Shown: in pieces, positions 1-12,909 of the stretch
Position numbering within the stretch: position 1 is the first letter of the stretch
Layout: each line of letters begins with the position of its first letter
Origin: Mobula hypostoma
Lineage: Eukaryota
Direction: 5' to 3'
Assembly: GCF_963921235.1 (NCBI RefSeq)
Contig: NC_086108.1
Coordinates: 36,954,001-37,018,000 of the forward strand
Length of the DNA stretch: 64,000 nucleotides
The notes under the pieces: generated by a model
The model's input: the letters and a program-made list of their open reading frames with translations, nothing else
Told to the model about the DNA's origin: nothing
Databases searched by the model: none
Translations under genes and position numbers: made by a program

Positions 1-172
1 AGAGTAATAAGCTGCCATAGGAGGTGGTGGAAGCGAGATCAGTATCTGGACAAGTACTTGAATGAGCAGGGCATAAAGGTATATGGAATCAAGGAGACAA
101 GTGGGATTAATACAGATCAACAGAATGGTGGGCATGGATGCAGTGGGCCTGTTTCGAAGCTATGTGACTCTG
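1..172 (+). mobile_element. CR1-type LINE 3' end fragment (old)
   Basis: Ends in a degenerate CR1 3' UTR motif (gtgggcc...tgtttc...tatgtgactct) shared with other CR1 tails in the window. Confidence 0.65.
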
Positions 173-1254
173 TCAGTCTTGTTACAGTCTAGAGGTATAC
201 ATTAGGTCATTTATTCCAACATTAGTAGAGATCATCACTGACGCATTTTAGAAATAATTGGAGAAGGAGGGGACTGCTATTTACTTGATTAAATAAAAGC
301 CATTAAGAGGGAAGAGGATGTCTTCCTCCATAATGAGATCATTTGTTGTACCTATATGGAATGTTAAGGTATAAGCTTCCTGAAAGAATGGTAGGAGGAA
401 TGGCGGGTGGTCTGGTGTATTACTCCTAGTAGTGATGGCCAGATGTCAGCATGTTTTGTTGGATGTTGACTGGGGGAATTAGATGGTGATCTACTTCATA
501 TAGAATTGGTAAAGAAATGCCACCATTGCTCACTTCAAACAAGCTTTTATGGAATTTAAATTTGGGATTTTGGTAACATCATCAGTGTGGGTATTTTATG
601 GCCTATCGCTGGTTTCTCTGAATGTGTTTGAGTCAATAGCACAATCTGACACTGCCATAACATTACAAGTAGTTAAGAAAAGTGGGAGGCAAGTTCCTTT
701 TACAGGATACTTCAATGAATAATTCTGCAACTATTTTCTGATATTAGATTATAAACATGCAGAAAAAGATTGAGACTGAGATTTGAATTCCCAACCTTTG
801 GGTACAATAGTCACAAAGGTAGTGAAGTTATATAAGCCAGAAACCAATTAGAGTTTAATTTCTGTGAAATTTCCTGCTATACATGATGAAATGAGGGTTT
901 AAAAGATGAGAGGAATACCAAACCAAGTGAGGATGTAAGATGATTTTAGAAATGAGAAGAATTTCAGAAGTTCTTGAAATGGTGTGGAGTCAACTAAAAC
1001 AACACACAGAGGAATGAAATGGATTTAAGCAGTTCTGATAATGAAAATCAAATTTTTTTAAAGTTCTGTTTTGGAATGAGATCAGTGAAAATCAGTTGAA
1101 GTGAAGCCCAATTTAAAGCACTGAATCTAAAATATGAATGTCCATCTCCAGCAGGTCAAGTAGTAATGCGGAATTTTTGAAAAAATCAATAAAACTCCCA
1201 CAGTTTTATTTGAATTGTATTCTCTAGAAAGTTTCGATTCACAGGAGCTGGTCT

Positions 1255-1376
1255 TGTCGGGATAGAGGCCAAATGCAGGAAATTGAGACTAAGTGGGTGG
1301 GTACTGTGGGCAGTATGGACTTGTTGAGTCGAAGGGCCTGTACAGAGCCATATTGTTGTTTGACTCTATGACTCTG
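1255..1376 (+). mobile_element. CR1-type 3' tail fragment
   Basis: gtcgaagggcctgta...tgactctatgactct tail. Confidence 0.65.
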
Positions 1377-1520
1377 AGAGGATTGACTTCAGAGAATGCC
1401 CATGAATCATAACACATGGGAACAAAAATAATGATTCTTTTCCTTATTCAACTGCCAAGTTCCATGATTTGGAATGTGTCTTGGAATTTCCCCAAATTCC
1501 CAATGGAAGGACACACAGTA

Positions 1521-1715
1521 AGGTACCATAGTGGTCAGCATTAATGCTGTTACAGTGCCAGCGGTTATGTTAGAGTCGTGGGCATGCTACATTAGCACCA
1601 GAAGCATAGCGACGCTTGTGGGCTGCTCAGAACAATCCCCATTGCTTTGATTTACTGCAAATGGCATATTTCACTGTATGTTTGGATGTCCATGTGACGA
1701 ATCTAATCATCTTTT
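1521..1715 (+). mobile_element. Internally deleted tRNA-derived SINE
   Basis: Body gggcatgctac...gcgacgcttgtgggctgc and tail atttcactgtatgtttggatgtc match the SINE at 48365-49245. Confidence 0.6.
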
Positions 1716-2261
1716 ATTTCTTGTATTCAAGTGCAGAGATGCTGAGAGCTGAGTGGCAGGAACTCTGTTGCAAACTACTGGCCGTCACACCTAGAGCTTC
1801 AAGCAATTTCGGAAACTGGAAATATCTGCAACAATTCAAACCAGTGGGCAGCTTCCGGCCAGTTAACAAAAGAGGTGCAATATCAGAATAGGAGTTTTGT
1901 GTCTTTGCCTACCACCTCCATTGGGGATAATTCAGGATCTGTTTGCTCCTTGGTTAGTTTCAATGGTGATTTTATAGCTGAGATGAAGAAAGTTGTGAAT
2001 GAGATACTGTTTACTTTGTTTTCAGAAGAGCTTTAGGGTGATTTTATTATTTTTTCAATTTTTACTATCTGTTTTATTTTAAATATGTTTTGAATATTAA
2101 ATTATTTTTAATAGCTGTTGAATGGTTTTGGATGTCAGGGACCCATTCCAAGTGCTTCATAAATTTGACAGGCAGCAAATCTAAGGTTTGGCAGTACTAT
2201 CTGTCAAAAGTTCATTGAGGGACTTGTTGTGTCTGCTCTTTTGACCTGATTACATAATATC

Positions 2262-5200
2262 ATAGAGTCATAGAACACTACAGCACAGAAACAAGCCTCT
2301 TGGCCCTTCTAGTTTATGCCGAACCATTAATCTTCCTCGTCCCATCAACCTGCATCTGGACCATAGCCCTCCATACCCCTCCCATCCATGAACCTATCCA
2401 ACTGGCATCCAGCACTTGTGGTGGAGTTTATTCCATACACTCACCATCCTCTAAGTGAAGAAGTTCTCCTTCATGTTCCCCTTGAACTTTTCAACCTTCT
2501 CTCTTAACTAATGATCTCTGGTTTAGTCCCATCCAACCTCAGTGGAAAAAGGCTGTTTGCATTTATTCCATCTATACCCCTCATAATTTTGTACACCTCT
2601 ATCAAATTTGCTCTCAATCTTCTTCATGCTCAGAATTGAAGTCATAATCTTTCCCTTACTTTTCTTTTTAAATCTTTTTATTAATTTTCCAAAATTATAA
2701 ACAGAATAACAATATTGATACAGAGAGATTGGAATAATCTTATTGTTGATAAACATGTACAAAAAAGACTTCAAATAATACAGGTGTAATAGTCTTCCAA
2801 ATGCTTAATATAGTTAATCATAGAGAAAAAGGAAATAAAAAGAAAAAAATATAATGCAAAGAAACCCCCCCCAAAAAACAAAAAAAAATCTAAATACTAG
2901 ACCCAAAAATAAAGCAAATGGAACAAAACAAGGCTAGACCAATATCTTAAATCAATACATTCAATAATGTCATCAACTCCACTCCTCTATTCATATATTT
3001 TAAATTAATAAAAAAGATTTGGAAAAGGTCAAATTACATCATATGAAAATGTTGAATAAATGGTTTCCAAGTCTCTTCTAATTTAACTGAAGGATCAAAA
3101 ATGTCACTTCTAATTTTTTCTAAACTTAAACATGATTTAGTTTGGAAAAACCATTGAAATGTGGTAAGAGGGTTGGTCTCCTTCCAGTTCAATAAAATGG
3201 ATCTTCTGGCCATTAAAGTAACAAATGTGATCATCGGACAGGCTGAAGAGGATAAAAATCTATATTCGGTCATTGGCAAACCAAAAATTGCCGTAATAGA
3301 ATGGGGTTGTAAGTCAAAATGCAAAACTGTTGAAATAATATCAAAAATATCTTTCCAGAATTTTTCCAAGAGAGGGCAGGACCAAAACATATGAGTCAAG
3401 GAAGCCACCTCAGAGTGACATCTGTCACAGATAAAGTATATATGGGAATAAAAATGAGCTAGTTTAGCTTTAGACATATGGGCCCTATGCACTACTTTAA
3501 ATTGTATTAGTGTATGTTTGGCACATATAGACGAAGAACTAACTAATCAAAAAATTTTATCTCATTTCTCCATAGGTAGACAAAGTTGAAGTTCCCTTTC
3601 CCATTCATTTTTAATTTTATCAGATATGCCTGGCTGTAATTTCATAATTATATCATAAATAGTTGCTATTAATCCCTTCTGAAAGGGATTTAAACCTAAA
3701 ATTTTATCGATAATATCAGTAAGGTGTGAAATCGGGAAGGTAGACAGCGTGGTATTTAAAAAGTTTCTTATTTGTAGATATCTAAAAAAGTGGGATCTGG
3801 GCAAATTAAATTTATTAGATAACTATTCAAAAGACATGAAACAGTTATTTAGAAATAAGTCATGAAAACATGTTATACCTTTCATTTTCCATATCAAAAA
3901 GGCTTGATTCATAACCGATGGTTGAAAAAAAAATTAGATATAATAGGGCTTGATAATAAAAATTTGTTCAAACCAAAAAATTTATGAAATTGAAACTAGA
4001 TTCGTAATGTATGTTTAATTATTGGGTTAACCATTGTTTATTCAATTTAGATAATACAAAAGGAAGTGAAGTTCCTAAAATGGAAGTCAAAGAGAACCCT
4101 TGTACAAAGTAACCTTCAAGGTTTACCCATTGTGGACTTGGAATTATATTCCAATCTTGTGTCTAAAATATTAAGTATCGAATATTAATTGCCCAATAAT
4201 AGAATCTTAGATTTGGCAATGCTAAACCACCATCTTTCTGGGACTTATGAAAATATTTTTTACTTAACCTGGGATTTTTATTCTGCCATATAAAGGATGA
4301 AATTTTAGAATCAATAGTTTCTAAAAAAGATTTAGGAATAAAAATTGGTATTACTTGGAGTAGATATAAAAATTTAGATAGAATTATCATTTTAATAGCA
4401 TTAATTTGGCCAATCAATGATAGAGACAATGGGGACCACTTAGTAATCAGTTGTTTAACCTGACTAATTAATGGTAAAAGATTGAGCTTGAGTAAGTCCT
4501 TATGTCTCTTGGCAATTTTAACTCCCAAATAAGTAAAATAGTCAGTAATCACTCTGAATGGTGAACATCTATAAATGGGAACCTGCATATTTAATGGAAA
4601 AAGTTCACTCTTACCAAGATTCAGTTTGTAACCAGAAAAACTACTGAACTGAGCAGGCAGAGTTAATACCGCCGGAATGGATTTCCCCGGGTTAGAAATA
4701 TATAATAGTAGATCGTCTGCATATACTGATAATTTATGTATCTCATTTCCACGGGTAATACCAAATATATTAGGAGAGTCAATGAATAGCAATAGCTAAC
4801 AGTTCCAGGGCAATGTCGAATAATAGTGGACTAAGAGGGCAACCCTACCTAGTACCACGGAATAATTGAAAAAAAGGGAGATCTTTGATTATTAGTAAAT
4901 ACCAAAGCCAAAGTAGTAAGATATATCAATTTAATCCAAGATATGAATATCAGACTAAAATTAAATTTCTCAAGTGTATTAAACAAGTATGTCCATTCGA
5001 ATCTATCAAAGGCTTTCTCAGCGTCCAGTGAAATGACGCATCCTGGAGTTCTAGGTGGAGGAGTATAAACAATATTCATTAATCTCCTAATATTAAAGAA
5101 AGGGTAACGATTTTTAATAAATCCAGTCTGATCAACAGAAATAATTTGAGGCAATGCATTCTCCAATCTCGTTGCCAATATTTTAGAAAAAATCTTAGAA

Positions 5201-7060
5201 TCTACATTCAGCAAAGATATAGGCCTATAAGATGCACATTCAGTAGTATCCTTATCTTTTTTGGGAATTAGGGAAATAGAAGCTCGATAAAAAGATTGTG
5301 GTAAATTACCTATGGATACTGCATCCCTAAGAATTCTACATATCCCAGGAGACAGTATAGTAGAGAAAAAATTAAAAAATTCTACTGTATATCTGTCTGG
5401 GCCAGGTGCTTTACAATCTTTCCCTATAACTCAGGTTCTCTGGTCCTGGCCACATCTTTGTAAATTTTCTCTGCATTCTTTCAATCTCACTTACAAGCTT
5501 CCTGTAGGTAGGTAACCAAAACTACACACAATACTCCAAGTTAGGCTCACCAGCATCTTATACAATTTCCACATAACATCTTTGATTTATGATTTACTCC
5601 CTCCAGAACTTCATCTGTGGATAAGGATGTTTTAATTATCTCTGCTAGAGCCCCTGTACTTTCTGCCCTAGCCTCCCACATGGTCTGTGGGAACACCTTT
5701 TCAGGGCCTGGGAACTTATCCATCCTGATTTGCCTCAAGACAGCAAATGTCTCCTCCTTCGAAATCTCTATATACTCCAACTTTGATAGACTCTTTGTCT
5801 GTCTTCCAAGTAAATACAGAAGCAAAAAATCCACTTAAGATCTCCCTCATCTCTTTTGGCTCCATGCATAGATTACCACTCTGATTTTCCAGTGGACCAG
5901 CTTTGTCTCTTGCTATCCTTTTGCACTTATATCTATAGAACCTATCCTTTTGCATTTATAACTATAGAACCCCTTAGGATCCTCCTACAACTTGTCTGCT
6001 AGAGCAACCTCGTGCCTTTTAGCCCTCCTGATTTACTTGTTAAGTGTTTTCCTGCATTTCTAATACTCCAAGTATCTCATTTGCTCCTACCTGCCTATAC
6101 CTGCTATGCACCTTCTTCTTTTTCTTAATTAAGGCCTCAATTTCTCTTGAAAATCAAGGCTCCCTAAGCCTGTTATCCTTGCCTTTTATTCTGACAAGAA
6201 TGTACAAACTCTGTACTCTCAAAACTTCACTTTTGAAGGCATCCCACTTACCAAGTACATCTCTGCCACAAATTGGCCTGTCCCAATCCAAACTTGCCAG
6301 ATCCTTTCTGATCCCATCAAAATTGGCCTTTCTCCAATTTAGAATCTCAACCCAAGGATCAGATGTATCCTTTTCCATAATTACCTTGAAAGTAGTGACA
6401 TCATAGTCATTAGATGCAAAATTTTCCCCTACACAAACTTCTGTCACCTGCCCTGCCTTATTCCCTAACAGGAGATCCTGTATCGCAATCTCTCTATTTG
6501 GGACTTCTATGTACTGATTAAGGAAATTTTCCTGATCACATTTGACAAAGCATTTTCATCCAACTCTTTTACAGTATGCAAGTCCCTGCCAATATGTGGA
6601 AAGTTAAAATTACCTACGATCACAACCTTATGTTTCTTGCAACAGTCTGTGATCTCTCCACAGATTTGCTTCTCTAAATCTATGGACTGTTTGGTGGCCT
6701 AAAATATCATCCCATTAATTTGGCCATATCTTTCTTATCCTCAGTTCTGCCCATAAAGCATCACTAGACGACTCTCCAGTCTGTCTAGTCTGAGCACTGC
6801 CCATGGAATTTTCACTGCTTGGCAGTGCCACTCTCCCCTCTTAATCCTTTCTGCTCTATTACATCTAAAACAATGGAACACTGAAACATTGAGCTGCCAG
6901 TTCTGCCCTTCCTGCAATTAAGTCTCACCAATGGCTACAATGTCATAATCCACAAGCTGATCTATACCCTAAACTCATCCGCCTTTCCTACAATACTCCT
7001 TGCATTGAATTATATGCAACTCAGAACGTTAGTCCTACCACGTGCAACCTTTTGATTCCT
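2262..7060 (-). mobile_element. CR1 LINE, decayed, interrupted by an L1 and lacking most of the RT
   Basis: 3' tail at 2262-2656 resumes at 5415; minus ORFs 5547-5834 (KFPGPEKVFPQTMWEARAE), 5716-5955 and 6154-6447 (LNWRKANFDGIRKDL, post-endonuclease region). Confidence 0.85.
2657..5414 (-). mobile_element. L1-clade LINE, 5'-truncated, ORF2 pseudogene
   Basis: RT motifs LNVDSKIFSKILATRL, SLDAEKAFDR, VYADD; C-terminal CDRC..LTHMFWSC knuckle; minus-strand AATAAA at 2677-2682 and A-rich tail; 11-bp TSD aatctttccct at 2646-2656 and 5415-5425. Confidence 0.92.
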
Positions 7061-8649
7061 AACCCCGTTGGCTCTAACTGATGTAGTGCTGGTATACATT
7101 TCAGGCATTAAGCTCTGTACTGCTACACAGTTCTCCAGTATCTACCAGGGATTGTAATGCCAGTTTTTCTAGTGGAGGGGCTGCTGCAGTGGTCATCATC
7201 CCTAGCAATACAGTGGGCATGCTTTCAATTGAAACTCCTGCTTCTCTATGAAGTTAGTTAAAAAGTGAAAAGAAGGGGAAAAATTTAGCAATTTGGGGGA
7301 TTACCATTAAAAAATCCTTTACTGTTGCTAACAAGGCTTCATGCATGTCAATAGAAAGCTTTTGAGTTAAAGACCCTTCCTAACAGTGATCAGATAACTA
7401 GGGGTGATCAAGTTGTTATTGAAGATTTTAAACATGCTGTTTAGAAGCAAGAAGAAAGGTATCAAATCATTTCATAAGGAGGTTTTTCAAGCTTTCACTA
7501 GTATCATATATCCAAGCTACCAATGTATACAGGCTATTCTTGGGTAATCAGTGGGTTCCATTTTTATAGATACCTTCAACTGAGGTTGTCCATCAATATC
7601 TTTCAATAAGGTAACCATACCTGTACAATATTGTAATGAATGGCACCAAAACACATGCGACTGATAAGGAAGAACAATTTCTAAAAGCGGAGAGAGAGAG
7701 AGAAGGAACTGGTAGGAATAGCATAGGTAGATGTTGGACTTTTGAATTTAACAATATTAGTTGAGCTTGTTTGTGTGTAGGAACGTCCCTTAGTTGGGTA
7801 TTTGTAACCTGGGGATAGCATGTATGGAGGAAATTATCTGAAGTCTTGTCCTAAGTAGAACAAGTATGAAATGCTCTTTATTGAATATTTCATAGGAGTT
7901 GCTCAGAGAAATAAATAACTGAGGGCTACATGGAGAGTGTGAGGAGATCTTGAGGTCTGCTGGAGCAGGAGAGAGGGTCGGAAGGGTACAGGAGGAAAGA
8001 TCATGTCCTTCTGCATCAGAGGACTACAAGGCATCTCTTGTTGTGCTTCAGATCTTCCAGTATACTAGCCAAGAACCTGTGAGACTCCTCTCAAAGGCAC
8101 TAACTCTGCTGGTACTTCAGTCACCATGCACATAAGGTAAAGTGGGTACAGGAAGTTCAATAATTGGGGCAGACATTCTGCCTAACAGTGGTTTCACTGA
8201 ATCTGGCTGTCCCTGTGTAGTCAGGTTGGGAACTTTTCCCCTGAATTGTACCAGAAGCACACTTGTCTTCACTCAAGTGAATGGCACACAGCTGCTGTGG
8301 AAAAGCAAGCTGCTATGTTTATAATATCTGTTTAATTTTAATTATTTTAATTGATATTTGGTGTGTCGAAATTCTCTTTATTTTTATAGTGATAAGTTTA
8401 ATTTTTAATAATATTATTTTATTTTACACATCCCAAGCATTGCAGAATATTTGTGACAAAAGCCATTCAGTAGCTCCAATGATGCCTGAGACAGACAATG
8501 CATCTGGGTTCAGGGTTTCGCTGGACATTATGCTGGAAGAAACAAAGTGGCCTTGGGCGAGCAAGCAATACTTTGGGGTGGTGGAGAACTTCCAGAGTAT
8601 TATGTTGAACGTCCAGAGATATTCAGATAATGGGAATCAGCAATTAGGA

Positions 8650-8748
8650 TCCTCTTCCTATAGATGCTGCTTGGCCTGCTGCGTTCACCAGCAACTTTGA
8701 TGTATGTTGCTTGAATTTCCAGCATCTGCAGAATTCCTGTTGTTTGTG
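8650..8748 (+). repeat. Penelope-like terminal repeat tail fragment
   Basis: gatgctgcttggcctgctgcgttcaccagcaactttga nearly identical to 48282-48320. Confidence 0.85.
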
Positions 8749-9606
8749 CTAAAAAATCAGGTATTTTAGATGGCATATCCTGTTAACACAGCACGCAGTT
8801 TATATTTTTTTTTCTCATTCTTTAAGGTGAAATAGTAAGATCTTAACTGGAAGCCATTGGTAAAGGAATGGTTAAATATCAATGGCTGCAGAAAGTTTTC
8901 TGCTCAAGGCTTATCGACATTTGTAGAAGGAAATGGGCTTAGAAGTGGATACAAAGGTGTCCATAGAAATGGTACATTTCATTCTACTGTATGTATAGTT
9001 ACTTGCCATTTGCATGAAGGAGAGGCACGTTGTTTAAACTCAAAAGTTGGAATTGAATTGACAGATCTAGCCAAAACTTCAAACCCCTCCCCCTCCCCCA
9101 TAGTCCCCTTGTTTGAAGAAACCAACTTTCATTCCTGAGCAGGTAAGCTTCTACCTGACTTGAAAGCCCTCTCTGTATATTGATGATACTGCTTTACTCA
9201 AGAACATTAAAATGTGAGGCATATACTCCATCTGTACTAGTCTCAATATGCAATTGTGTAGCAGGGAAAGCAACTTCCAATGGTTCAGTGGATGTTCTTA
9301 ATATTTTATATTTTGTAATAGGCCCTAACTATGGTGGTGGAGAAGCGTGAGAATTGTGCTTCTTAAATATAATTTGATTTGGAATTCCTTCTTTAGTCAA
9401 ATAGCCCTCTGGTCATGAACTGGCAGAATTATTTGGTATCTGTGGGATGAATGTCAGAAAAATAGTGGCCTAGGCATTAAGAAATACATACCACTGCTGT
9501 AATTTAACCTTTGGGTGTTCAATTATTATTTCAGTAAAGCTATTCTGAATACCCTTGTGTTTGCAGAGCTGTTCGCTGTACTTCAAGACTAGGTCGAACA
9601 AGGAGA

Positions 9607-9817
9607 GCAAACTGATGGAGAAAGTTAGCAGGTCAAGCAACAACTGTGGGAGGGGAATTGTTAATCTTTTGGGTTGAAATTCTATGTCAGTTCTAATGCA
9701 GGGTTTTGACCTGAAATGTTAACAATTCATTTCCCCTCACAGATGCTGCTGGACTTGAGTTCCTCCGGCAGGTTGCTTGTAGCCCAAGATTCCAGTGTCT
9801 GTAGTCTCTTGAGTCTC
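9607..9817. mobile_element. Palindromic mini-element built from two inverted Penelope-type terminal repeats
   Basis: Arms ...gcaacaactgtgggaggggaattgttaa / ttaacaattcatttcccctcacagatgctgc...; centre holds degenerate hammerhead cores on both strands. Confidence 0.7.
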
Positions 9818-9902
9818 TGGTCTAAAAAGGGCTTTATGTAGCTAAAGCATAACTACTCTTGATTAACACCCTGGTTAAGACTTTTACTGCCATGCTGTAA
9901 GT

Positions 9903-11115
9903 CAGGGGTCCCCAACCTTTTTTACACCGCGACCGGTTTATTATTGACAATATTCTTGTGGACTGGCTGACCGGGGGGGGGGGGGGGTGGTGTAGGGTTG
10001 CCAACGGACAAGAGTAGCAGTCAAATACGTTGTTTACCCCGAGAAAGACTACAATGACAATGATGCCTTGTGCGGGCAGCGTGTACGTGCCGATTTTTTT
10101 TCTACAAATCGTTTTTGGCGATTCTGTTCGGGGGGGGGGTGTTAATCACGACCAGAATATAGGTGATAAGTGGCTAATGCACTCAATTTCGTTTCTAAAA
10201 GGGTTTATCTAATAAATTTAATATTAAACACACAGTGCATATTTTCCTCGCATGAATATAGTGATAAGTCAATTATCGGGGAGGACAGGGGAGCTTGAAG
10301 TAAGCGTTGAACGAACTTCCAGTAGAACTGGTAGAGGCAGGTTCGATATTATTATTTAAAGAAAATTTGGATAGGTATATGGACAGGAAAGGAACGGAGG
10401 GTTATGGGCTGAATGCAGGTCGGTGGGACTAGGTGAGAGTAGCGTTCGGCACGGACTAGAAGGGCTGAGATGGCCTGTTTCTATGCTGTAATTGTTATAT
10501 GGTTATATAAGTCACTTATAAGTCAATAGCATCATAACATTTTAAGTAATGTTTGAATATTAAACACACAGCACATATTTTCCCAGTATGAGCATATAAA
10601 ATCATTGCAACACACCAATATCGCTGAATCAGTGGGAGCCCTGGACTTGTTTCCCTGCAACAAGACGGTCTTATCGAGGGGTGATGGGAGACAGCGATAC
10701 TCGAAGGGGGTTCCTTATGTCCAGTCTATTCCGCAATTTGGTTTTCGTTGCGTTCATTGCAGAGATATGTTGGAAATGGAAGCAACGTTTTCAGTGCTTT
10801 CGTGGCTATCTCAGGATATTTAGCCTTGACTTTGATCCAGAATGCCGGCAGAGACGTCAAATATACTTTTCAGCCCGCCGTCATTTGCAACCTCGAGGAG
10901 TTGATCTCCTTACCGTGCTGACATGGATGATGTGCGGGTAATGACCTCGCATGCGTAATAACCTCGCATGCGTTCAAACTCAACAGTGGGCATGACAGGG
11001 AATGAGGAAAGGTGCAGCTGACTCATATCGCCAAATCATATCATTTCCTCACAGCCCGATAGCACATGCTTTGCGGCCCGGTACCGGTCCACAGCCTGGT
11101 AGTTGGGGATCGCGG
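9903..11115. mobile_element. Non-autonomous hAT DNA transposon, Charlie3/MER1-like
   Basis: TIRs caggggtccccaac / gttggggatcgcgg; 8-bp TSD ctgtaagt (9895-9902) vs ctgtaggt (11116-11123); internal aatcagtgggagccctg...gtgatgggagacag resembles MER1A as I recall it. Confidence 0.85.
10310..10510 (+). mobile_element. CR1 3' fragment inside the hAT element
   Basis: ttggataggtatatggacagg...gaagggctgagatggcctgtttctatgctgta CR1 tail. Confidence 0.8.
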
Positions 11116-11124
11116 CTGTAGGTA

Positions 11125-11713
11125 GGAGGGGTGATTGATAAGTTCATGGCCTAAGGTAGAACTAGTCAATCCACATTTATTTTTCAACATAGTCCCCTCT
11201 TACATTTACACACTTAGTCCAGTGGTCATGGGGCATAGAGATCTTGGAGCTCCAGAAAGTGCCCACAGCATGCGTGATTGATAAGTTCGTGGCCTAAGGT
11301 CGAAGAAGATGAGTTATACAGCTCTCGTTACATGCACATGCAGTTCAACTCTTTGAGTTGTTCTGCAGGAAGTTTGAAGTTAATAACTCATCAGTGGTGA
11401 TTGATAAATTCATGGCCTAAGGTAGAAGGAGATATTATCAACTTCAAACTTTCTGCATAATCACTCAAAGAGTTGGACTGCACGTTCATGTAACGAGAGC
11501 TGTATAACTCATCTCCTTCTACCTTAGGCCACAAACTTATCAATCATCCCTGCTGTAGACACTTTCTGGAGGTCCAAGATCCGTATGCTCCATAACCACT
11601 GGACTAAGTGTGTAAATGTAGGAGGGAGGGGACTACATTTAAAAATAGATGTGCTAGGTTTTCTAAAATTGACTCCTTCTACCTTAGGCCATGAACCTAT
11701 CAACCACCCCTCG
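11125..11713. mobile_element. Tc1/mariner-type MITE, almost fully palindromic
   Basis: TIR gaggggtgattgataagttcatggcctaaggtagaa; TA at 11123-11124 and 11714-11715. Confidence 0.85.
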
Positions 11714-11732
11714 TATTTCATTTTAGCAGCTC

Positions 11733-12378
11733 TGTAAGAGCAGTCCGTTCTGCTTTCAGCTTGAGCTAAGATAAGAGGGTTGTTACTCAACTTAGGAATG
11801 TGCTGTCAGCCAATCAGGATAGTGGAACTGGGAGAAGGTTCTGGGGAGCATTGGGTTGAGGCTCTTTATTGGCGGGAGCTGGAAGAAGACAGGGGGAAAG
11901 ATGGTTGAGAATGCTGTCCCTGTTGCACAAGGAGCTTTGTGCAGGTGAATGGCTTCAAGAAGGAAGAACCAATACCCCCGTGGGAGACCCGTTTGTTTCC
12001 AGATGGATTTCGAGTGATGTACGGAAGGTGGTGTGAGTTTCACACTGACCGAAGGTCCAGCACATGAGTATCAGACAAGTTCAAGATAAGCTCCAATTTA
12101 AGTGCCTGTTTGACTGTTTAAGGGTAATGGGCCCTTTTTGTTTCTTTTTCTTTTTTCATTTAATAACTGTTTGCTTAAATTAATATTCTTAAAAATATTT
12201 CTTTATAAACTGTATGGAGTGTTTGATCGGTTATTTCTTGCCAGGGGCAGTAAATCATATAGCGTTCACACAAACCAGGCTTTGGTTGGGTGAGGCAGCC
12301 CAACCTCACGGATTTGGCAGGACCAAAGTTATATACATTCTAGACATACGAAGCCAGAGAAATATGGGTTTATCACCA
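11733..12378. mobile_element. Possible solo LTR
   Basis: Starts TGTAAG, CCAAT box (agccaatcagg), composition distinct from flanks, could end ...ttatca(cca); no TSD found. Confidence 0.35.
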
Positions 12379-12909
12379 TGGAATCCAGTGGCTGTTAGTG
12401 AGGGTCTAATGAGCCGGTTTTCCAGAGATGCCTAGAAAAGGGGCATTTCATTGTATTCCTGTTACAAAGACCAGCATTCTCATTATAAAGCCCAGTATGT
12501 TTGTTTCTTTCCTGAAGCTGCCCATAATATTCAGCAGATATCTGAAATTTCATCCACTTTCTCTGAATTTTCATAGTTTAGAGAGCTGCTTGTTTTACTT
12601 TTGCCAAAGTTAATAATGCTATATTTATTAACTTTCATCTGTATTTGTTTCCCCAGTGCCATTTTCCCAATTTATTAATATCTCTTTTTAATTTAAAGCT
12701 TTCACCTTAGCTTAACAAAGTCAATAGTATACTGTACCTTCAATCCCATGAACTTTAACTTTAGCCAAGAGGTAATTCCTCTAATACCTTCCTGAAGTTC
12801 TTTAAAAATAACATATTTGTGGCTAGTATCAACTTCTTATTACAGGTAATATTACCTCACTGTTCTTCTCACAAATAAGGATATGTATGTGATGTCATAC
12901 CTCTGAACA

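Noticed and set aside
8281..8700. 139-aa ORF with a hydrophobic stretch as a membrane protein
   Set aside because: The hydrophobic run comes from a T-rich tract and the end lies in a Penelope tail; no exon signals
11125..11713. Regularly recurring 27-mer as a CRISPR-like array
   Set aside because: Copies occur in both orientations and form the TIRs of a TA-flanked MITE
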